In this document: positions 54,454-64,000 of the stretch, piece after piece
How the letters are laid out: the number at the start of each line of letters is the position of its first letter
Position numbering within the stretch: the first letter of the stretch is position 1
NCBI GenBank assembly: GCA_951406725.2
Contig: OX597818.1
Location: 99,572,001 to 99,636,000, forward strand
Direction: 5' to 3'
DNA: 64,000 nucleotides
Origin: Octopus vulgaris
Lineage: Eukaryota
The notes under the pieces: model-generated
The model's database searches: none
Seen by the model: the letters and a program-made list of their open reading frames with translations, nothing else
What the model was told of the DNA's origin: nothing
Program-made: the position numbers and the translations under genes

Positions 54454-55860
54454 ACGTACACAAATATACAGACATAAATACCTTTCTTAGAGACTCTTGG
54501 CAGGAAATTTGATCTGAGATAGTTCTTATATTGGAACGTATAAGTGTCTTTGAATAATTATAGGCTTATATGACGCTACATGAATACAAACTTCGAATTA
54601 ACTCGCACACATTTATACACACACAGTCAGTAATATAGGATAGATAATTATCATTCTCACTAGTGCTACAGAGTCGTTTTTTTTTTACGTTCCGTGATGA
54701 GAGATATCCATGACTGATCATGCGATTCCAAAGACCATTATCGGTGTAAGTGAATTGATAGGACGACAATTGGGAATCGAAATATTTTTGCAGATACGGT
54801 TTGGCGGTTACCTACCTGGAGTTATATGTACGGTCACATAGCACTATATTGAACAAGCTACATACATACATACATACATACATACATACATACATACATA
54901 CATACGTACATACATACATACACTCAAGCACACTTATATAAAGATTAAAATAGCATACATGTTTATATTCATATATATATATATATATATATACACAAAT
55001 ACCTACAAAGACACATACATACATAAATATACAATTATATATATATATACATATAAATACATACATATATATTAGCAGTTCTGTACATTCTATCCCTCAT
55101 ACATACATCATTACAAATATCTACGCAGCCCTGATTTCGCTAGAATCTTAACAAAGCTCCATATTAAACATATTCATAGCAACGGCATTTTTCGGAAAGT
55201 TATTGCCTTATAATACGTACATACATACATACGTACGTACATACATACATTCATACATACATACGCATATAATAATATATATATATATATATTTACACAT
55301 CTATACGCACATGCACACACATATGTATTTACATATATACATATGCATACATTTCAGTGCGCATACGTACACACTCACATATTGATTAGATAATCAATGA
55401 CATCGAAAAATGGGAATAGAATCCTGCGCTATCTATAATTTCTCCGAAGGTTTCATTTTTTTTTTCACTTCTTTCAATCCGTGGTTGATTATTTCTGTTT
55501 ATAAAATATGTTATTTTGTGATAGATACTGTCCCATGTTTTAAAACTTATTCAGGGAAGTAATGGATGTAGTCACGATTTTCTCTAGGATATCTACATCT
55601 GGGAAGGAAAGAACGGTGGAAAGAATCAGCGTTCAGGTATTGCTCCTTCAGTAGGAATTAGCGTGTCGAGTTATTGAGCTATAGACGCAACTGGTTCGAA
55701 TGCTACCGAAGTAGACCCTGTTCAACTATCCAAAGTGTTGTAATAATAAAAAAAAAATGTTGAAATTTACAAATGCAAGCCGTAGGTGTGGCTGTTTGGT
55801 AAGTAGCTTGCTTACGAACCACATGATAAAAGAAACATGTCAATAAGGTTCTTAGATTTA

Positions 55861-56080
55861 AGGCGGCAAGCTGGCAAAGTCTTTAGAATAATGGGGAAAA
55901 TGCTTTGCGGTATTTCATGTTTTTACTTTCTGATTTCAAATTCCACTGACGCCGACTTCGTCTTTCATCCTTTTGTGGGTCAATAAAATAAGTGCCAGTT
56001 TAGTTGAGCACTGCGGTCGATATAATAGCCTTAACGCATGCCTCAAAGATGCTGGTCTCAGGTCAAAATTTGAAATCAAT
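55861..56080 (+). mobile_element. SINE family B (preceded by a family A head fragment at about 55779-55826)
   Basis: 'ggcggcaagctggca...aaatgctttgcggtatttc...ttcaaattcc'. Confidence 0.8.
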
Positions 56081-57002
56081 TACGTTCTTAAATCCAACAG
56101 AATAAACAACGCATTGCCATCGAGTGGCTTTAAATCTAACGATGAAGTGGAGATTCTGAGGAATCTTTGTCTTACCGCATTTCCCTTGGTTGTGTCTAAT
56201 CAGTATGGCAATGATGCAAGATTATGAACCTGGACCCAGGAAGTGAAGCGGTGTGGTGTTTGGAACTTTTGATGGATTAATTCCTATTTCAGCTCATGAG
56301 TCTAAATGGTGGAAATAACTGGCATAGCTTCGTGTTTTTTTCTACTGTCGAAGTCATAAAATATACAAGACATTAGCACACACACACACAAACAGGCACA
56401 CACAAACAAACACACACACACACACACACACACATCGAAACACAAAGGCACTACAATGACACTCCTATGTACAAAGAGGCCAACGGAGGTACGCACACAC
56501 ACACGCACACATATATATACAGCAACTCACACACACATAATCACGCATACAGACACTTAAGCATGATGACCTCATAGAAGCACTATGAAACAAACAGTGA
56601 CGCGCGCGCACCCACCCACCCACACACACACAAATACACATGTCTATGGCAGGCTTAATTTATCGATTAGAAGATTCGAACGACGCAAGAAAATGTGATT
56701 TACTACACAGCATATATAGTTCTTTAAGCTTTCTATATTTTCTGACCTTGATAGATATTCCAGAACTATGTAGACTCATACACGATACAACTCTAGTTAT
56801 GAGAAACCAAAATACGAATATCGGATGCCTTCTTCAGTTGATCAATATTTTAATTTTGCAACTCTTAATTTGTTAATTATTGGGATATAGAGACTTGAAA
56901 ATTTGGCCCTGGAGCTGTATAAGAAAATCAGTTTTTTACAAAAGATAAAAAAATCTAATTTATTTAAAGTTATTGAATATAATTTGATATAAAGACTACA
57001 AA

Positions 57003-57212
57003 AGGCAGCGAGTTGGCAGAATCCTTACCGCCCCGGGAAAAATTGCTTAGCGGCATTCCCTTCGACTTTAAGTTTGAGTAAAAAAGCCCCGCGGGGTCGA
57101 CGTTACTTTCGTCATTTTCGGGTCTATTAAAATAAATACCAGTTGAATACTGATGTAGTGGACAAGCCCCCATATCTGAAATTGCTGGCAATGTGCCTGT
57201 ATGTGATACCAA
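57003..57212 (+). mobile_element. SINE family B
   Basis: 'ggcagcgagttggcagaatc...tgcttagcggcatt...ggggtcgac'. Confidence 0.8.
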
Positions 57213-58313
57213 TATAGGGAGTATAACATCAATAGAGAGACAGAGAGAGAAAGAGAAAAGAAGCCTCTTAAAAATCAATATTGTAGTCAACTGGTCAACT
57301 TTAAAGCAATTTAAATATGACAAAGCCTCTGTTTATACGCAAAAATAAATGTTAGATGAACAGAGAGAAAAGAAAATTAAGACCAGTAATAATAATATAA
57401 TAATTATGATGATGATGATGACGATGTTCTGCACCACCTTCATCGTCATCGTCATCATCATCATCACCACCACCGCCGCCACCAACAGCAGTATCAAAGC
57501 ACTACGAGTAATAATAAAAGTCAACAACAAATCGACAGGCAACACAGAGATCAGCAGGGCAGTGCAAGTAAACCAACAACTTGAAAACATTTCATTAGCG
57601 GCGTTTTTATTTTTACAATGTCAGTTACAGAGTTTTTTCTTTTTAAAAAATCTTCTTTAACCTCGATCTTATGTGTTTTCGCTATTGAAACACACAATCG
57701 AAAACGTCTATTGTACGGTTATCTCAGGGCAAACAGATTTCTTGCCAGGAAAATATAAAATAAGCACTAAACTTTATTACAAAAAAAGCCCCACAAAAAT
57801 TATAAAACAAAAGCACAGGAAACCAAAAAAATATAATTTTGAACCGTTCTACATGATTCACATTGACGTTAGTTTTTAAATTATATTTTCTATTTAATTA
57901 TACTTTAAAATTTTATTTTATTCTTTATACGCCTCCATCATTGTAATTTGGATTGTCACTTACGATCATGTCTGTGGCAAAAGTAGCGCTTGTTAAAAAT
58001 TTTTTAACCTCGTGTACTGCGTGGTGTTACATTATTTTGGACTTATTTCCATTTTTCTGAATAGTATTAATCGATAGAAAACATTTCTATCCGTGTATAC
58101 TATACCACTAGTTTACACTTAAGTTAGTGTTATCATATTTAATGCACGAGTATCAGATGCCATATTGTAAATAGTTTTGCTGAGAAATACAGAGAGCATG
58201 AACCTTATAATCGATTTGGAAAGTACGGGAGATAACTTTGGGCATGTTTCTATCATATTAGACATCCAAGTGAAACATATACTTTTATGTAGTAGCTGAA
58301 GCTATTAAAATAA

Positions 58314-58592
58314 TACTCTTTTACTTGTTTCAGTCATTTGACTGCGGCTATGCTGGAGCACCGCCTTCATTCGAGCAAATCGACCCCAGGACTTATTCTT
58401 TGTAAGCCTAGCACTTATTCTATCGGTCTATTTTGCCGAACCGTTATGGGGACGTAAACACTCTAGCATCGGTTGTCAAGCGATGCTGGTGGGACAAACA
58501 TAGACACACAAACATACACTCACATACATACATACATACATACATACATACATACATACATACATACATGTACATACATGTATATATATACA

Positions 58593-58639
<47 letters not shown>

Positions 58640-58790
58640 GACGGCATTCTTTCAGTTTTCGTCTACCAAATCCATCCACAAGCCTTTGGTCGGTCCGAGG
58701 CTATAGTAGAAGACACTACCCCAAGATGCCACGCCGTGGGACTGAACCCAAAACCATGTGATTGGTAAGGAAGCTACTTACCACACACCC
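58314..58790 (-). mobile_element. SINE family A
   Basis: Full tail-to-head match with 45989-46382; internal (TACA)n(TA)n tract. Confidence 0.9.
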
Positions 58791-59897
58791 AGTAATGTCA
58801 CTGTTTTCTTTTATATGTATATTTCATTAGCTTCCTATGGAAGCTGTCAAGAATAGGTGTATAGTTAATAAGTTGAATGTGAAGTCACATGGTTTCAGAT
58901 TCAATTGGACTACCGAGAGCCTGGTGTATGTCTCGTGCAATATAGCATTCGGCCAACAATTACTATATAATTGAACATTGTTAGATGTACACGGTGAAGT
59001 GGCCTATCATATATATATATATATATACATATTATATATTTATCAGGATGGATTTCTCTTCGGCCTTTAATAGGATTTAATACCGGGGAAGTTAAAGGGT
59101 AAATATTAGATATTTAATCAGCCAAGTCCTTTTATGTATTTCACCTAGATTCAAATAATTGCAAGTGGAAGTATGAATATACAAATACCTAAATTATAAT
59201 GATAACTAAGAAAAATTATATGTATATTTTAAACGTCATTTTGTCTTTTCTATTTTCTTTTAAATCTCACCTACTGAAGGGTACAAATTGGTCCATTTAA
59301 AAAAATTTTTTTTAAAGAAGTCTCGCCTCGGTATGTGAATTTTATTATTTTCCCCTGTCGAAGGAGTCATTATCGTAATGCACCCTTGTACATTAAATAC
59401 GCTGATGAACCCCTGAAATGCCCATAACGATTGTAAATATGGTTTCTTCTTTTTTGCTTGGACTGTCTTTTCATAATAGGTTTTCCCCTAATCTTAAAAA
59501 GGTAATTTTTAATCGAAAAAAATTTCTAATCGATGAACTTTTATCTTACCTTATATATTATATATTTATATGTTTCCTATATATATATATGTATTCTTAT
59601 ATTTTTATATATTTATATATTTATATATTTTTATATTTTTTTATATATTTAATATTCTAGATTTTATAATGTTAAAAAATTATTTTTAGTCGCTGAAGTT
59701 TTAATTTTTAATCGCGATAGACTGCACTCACACATTTTTCTTATATGCTTGTCTAAATGAATTATTGCTTCATTTTCTGTGATTTTATGCATCTGTATTC
59801 TATGTATAAGAAAAAGCATTATGTGATTAAATGTTCGAGATGGGATATGTTAGGTGGATGACTTTAAATTTGTTCTTTGTTCTACAACCAAAGTCTG

Positions 59898-59945
<48 letters not shown>

Positions 59946-60065
59946 GAAATTTTCAATACATATTTATATTGCTTGATAGTATATTGTCGATCATATAAAC
60001 TTTTTATAAATAATATTTTATAATATTTACATAAATTATTTAATCAAATCTGATTTTTTCCATAT

Positions 60066-60127
<62 letters not shown>

Positions 60128-60170
60128 ACATACATAAATACATACATATAAACACACACATACATATACG

Positions 60171-60219
<49 letters not shown>

Positions 60220-60633
60220 TATAAATATATACAATATTTACATTACATTCATTCATATATACATAAATACGTATATAGATATATTGTAGACAACTGTTTC
60301 GGTACTTGCAACTTCTTTAGTAAGATTATATATTCATATCTGTACGAATAATCGTTGGTGCACAAATATATTTAGTAAATGTCTAACTGGCAATTTACAA
60401 AAGCTGGAATTTTTAGGCGAACGAAGCAGCCTGTTTGCATAGTATTTACAAATGCAGTACGTAGGCGGAATAGTAAGGATACGCAACATTATGCTAAATT
60501 TCAGTAGGTAAGTCTATCCATTGCTTCTATTAAAATCCAATGATGAAGATACGCATGAGTATGTATGTATGTATGTATGTATGTATGTATGTATGTATGT
60601 ATGTATGTATGTATGTATGTATGTATGTATGTG

Positions 60634-60948
60634 TGGAGTCGCAATGGCCCAGTGGTTAGGGCAGCGGACTCGCGGTCGGAGGATAGCGGTTTCGATTCCC
60701 AGACCGGGCGTTGTGTGTGTTTATTGAGCGAAAACACCTAAAAAAGCTCCGGCAGGGGGGTTGGGGGCGGCAACCCCTGTTGTACTCTTTCGCCACAACA
60801 TTCTCTCACTATCTCTTCCTGTTTCTTGAGTAACGCTGCGATGGAGGGGCGTCCCGTCCAGCTGGGGCGGGGGGGGGGCACCTACGCCACAGAAACCGGG
60901 AAACCGGGCCAATGATCCTGGCTAGGCTTGAAAAGGGTGAGGGTTTTT
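60634..60948 (+). mobile_element. tRNA-headed SINE family C inserted in (TATG)n
   Basis: A box tggcccagtggttagg and B-box-like gtttcgattccc; (TATG)n on both sides. Confidence 0.85.
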
Positions 60949-63900
60949 TGTATGTATGTATGTATGTATGTATGTATGTATGTATGTATGTATGCATGTG
61001 TGAGTGTTTCCTTCGCGGATATATATCAGCAAAGAGCATTGCAATGCAATATATTATATTGAATCGATAAAAAACAAGCTCCCTAAAAAAATCGTCTTTT
61101 ATGTAAGAAGTCCCTTATAATATTTTCTCTCTATCGATTGACAGACCCGTTTTTGTTATTCCGTTTTTATTATTCTTGCCGTCGAAAATACTGTTAGTCA
61201 ATGATTGGTTATTTGGAAACCTGTAACCAACATTGGGATAGTTCAACAATTGAAATGAAAATAAATAATTAAGCTATAAGTATTGTTTTGCTTGTCTTAA
61301 GTATTGTTGTATAAGAGTAATTAATTTCAGAGTTTTAAGTTGTAAAATAATGCATTATAATTATGGTTGGTGGTAGCACAAGTTACTAAAACAAATATTA
61401 GTTTTAGATTGTTCTCAATGTTTTGAAATATTGATTTTCTTTACCTCTTCATTTTTATCTACTATTTTTGCTGGGAGGTGGGTATTGAGAACTAACTGTC
61501 TCGTCCACAGAAACCGCAGAAGCCTGGTTTTGGCGCGCAAGAATATGAAACATCAACCATTAGGTCAATAGGCCGATACCTTATTGACTCAGTTAGCAGT
61601 GACTTTAGTTTCCAATAATTAATCAAATTGTTCGAATTTGATAATTATTGAAAACTAAAAACAAAAATAAAAACCAAGAAAAAAGTGAAAAAAAAGAAAA
61701 AATAAAGAAAAAAACCCATTATTGCCGCTAACAACAAGAAACAACATTCTAATTATTCGAGATAGAGACAATTAGGAAAATAATTCATATAGTTCAGCAA
61801 CCGACGCTGAATACATTTTTGTGTTTTTTTTTGTATTTTCCTTCGATTTCAATTTTAATATTGTGAATGATATTTTTGTTTGTAATTCTTATCACACAGA
61901 CACAATTATCAGGTTTCTAACAAAGCAGACAAAATCATTACAATTAATATTCACATATAATTCTTGTATTTTGTTCCTTTGAAGTAACGATATATCTAAA
62001 GAAGCTAAAAAAAAAAAAAAATAAAGTCCCAAATATTACAATAAAAGATTTTAGAATCTGAATAAACAGAATTAAAAAGTCTTTAAAAATTTCATGTACT
62101 TTTAAAGCATAAATTGTTGTTTAGTTTGATAAGTTTGTGTAACAAGAATATTATCTTCACAATTTTCTGTTTTTTTAAAAAACATAAATGTTTCTTTGTA
62201 ATCTACCGTCGTTATCAGGAGTTGGCATGGAATGTAGAGCGGAGCTTTTAAACGGCAAACAGAAAAAGATGCTGGTATATCATAGGTTATTCTCATAAAT
62301 AGAAATGATTCTTTTATCGTATAAATTCACCCCACTTATTGAATTATATGAATGATATCTTTATATATATATATATCTGTATATATATATATATATACAT
62401 ATATGTATGTATACATATATATATATATATATACATACAGATATATATATATATACATACATATATATACATATATATGTACGCATATACATATATATAT
62501 ATATGTGTGTGTGTGTATGTGTCTGTATGCATACACACATGCATGCACACACACTCAAACACAAACGCACAAAGAAACACTCAAGCGCAAGACCGCACAC
62601 ACACACACACACACACACACTCTCTCTCTCTCTAAAGGGCGAGGAGTAAATGTAGAAACAACGAATTTTCTTGAGTAAATTTGATCTCTCGAAAGCTTAC
62701 TTGTTAGATAAATACTTTATCCCTCGGTCATTTACTCCTCAAAATCTTATAAACCCTATTTTGAGAATGCAGAAGACCAGGAGTTATAGGATTGAATTGA
62801 CATTGTGATCATACAGATACTTATCTTATCGAATAAATCTATCTTCAAAAAGATGAAAATATACCGGAGTAAAGTGAGATTTGAAACGAGGACAAAATCA
62901 ATTCCACCCGTACTCTATCGCCCCTAAGTACTGACCCTATAACCATTATAATTTGTCGATTTGTGTTTTGATGATAAACCCGACAAATTTTCACTGGAGT
63001 CGATTAAATAAATTTCAGTCTATTACTCTTCCAGTAGAATAGATTGGCCTTTCAGGGATATTAACTAATAAATGATCTATCTTCGTGATATTTTCACCAG
63101 AACAGTTCTTACGAATGGGAAACTACGACGTGTAGTATTAATTATCTTTCTTTAAAATGCATTCATATATTCACACATTCGTCTGCTGTAGCTCTGAAAT
63201 CACTAATCATTAACTAGTGGTCCAATACTTACTTAATCCAATCAGCCATTTCACTTCTGTGTAATCTAATAAGACTTCCCTACTTTTTCTAACACTTAAA
63301 TCATTTCATCACATCAGAACACATTATATACTTCAATCACAGCTATCCGGTATCCTTTAATGCAACACGAACTAAATACTGCTATTACAACAGCTTGAGA
63401 CATCCTTAATTATCTTAAGTATTCACCAATGAACTATGAATACAATGTATTAAAGCATGTGGGTGAGGTCGTTGATGAGGTTGTGTGCGGGGCCATACAA
63501 CTTACAATGTTTAGTTGCATCTCCTTGGATTCTGAATTACGTCAAAATTTTACGTTTCATCCAAAGTGGTCGGCAGAATAATACAATAATGATTTAGTCA
63601 TAGTAAGCATACCGGTATTCATGGCCCATTTTAGGGTTTATAAGAGTAGTGAGAGGAGGGGAGGTAAGTATTTAACACAGAGAGTTGACCCATGTACCTT
63701 TAATAGAAGGGACTCTACTAAAGGCACCCAAGGGCTAGGCGGTGGTTTGAAAGTGCATCAAATTATATTCTTACCAGTTTTAAATCTATTTATATTTAAC
63801 CTATTGGTTCCGAGAAAGGTTCCTTCGTTCATTCGTTTTAGAATTCATTTATCCATAATGTCAATGCTTCGAAGAAGTCTTAGCTGAAGCTGTACATTAG

Positions 63901-64000
63901 ACCTGATGCTCTTCCGGAAATATTGTTTTCGCTCTGATTTCAAATTACTTTTCCTGCCGAGTATGCTTTTCAGCGTTTTGGAAACGGTTAATACGATAAA

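Noticed and set aside
59397-59432. CTGATGA-acccct-GAAA possible hammerhead in the AT-rich element at about 59040-59600
   Set aside because: No credible stem II, and the stem I register does not pair; at best a deleted remnant.
60634-60710. tRNA gene call (also 36517 and 44600)
   Set aside because: tRNA-like SINE heads that continue into repeat bodies; no convincing acceptor stem.

Overview
AT-rich eukaryotic DNA dominated by microsatellites ((TA)n, (CA)n, (TATC)n, (TACA)n, (TAA)n, (GA)n) and by several tRNA-derived SINE families. From recall, the repeat content looks like an octopus/coleoid cephalopod genome; this is an inference, not a search result. Almost all ORFs in the track are microsatellite artefacts. 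Real coding remnants are retroelement fragments: Dong/R4-like RLE ends in a (TAA)n array, Tx1/L1-like APE and RT pieces, a LINE 3' end and a Penelope-like GIY-YIG endonuclease. There is also one good candidate host exon (5801-5875, minus). The main signal is a set of short non-coding elements next to (TA)n arrays that carry type I hammerhead ribozyme (HHR) folds, at 11335-, 18775-, 19351+, 21484-/22039+, 41160+, 50949+ and 51646-. Two of these are unit-length monomers with terminal redundancy or circular permutation (482 nt and 595 nt), and several have fold-back inverted ends. This fits a retrozyme-like system mobilised by Penelope-like elements (PLEs), possibly through circular RNA. All folds were read by eye; activity is untested.
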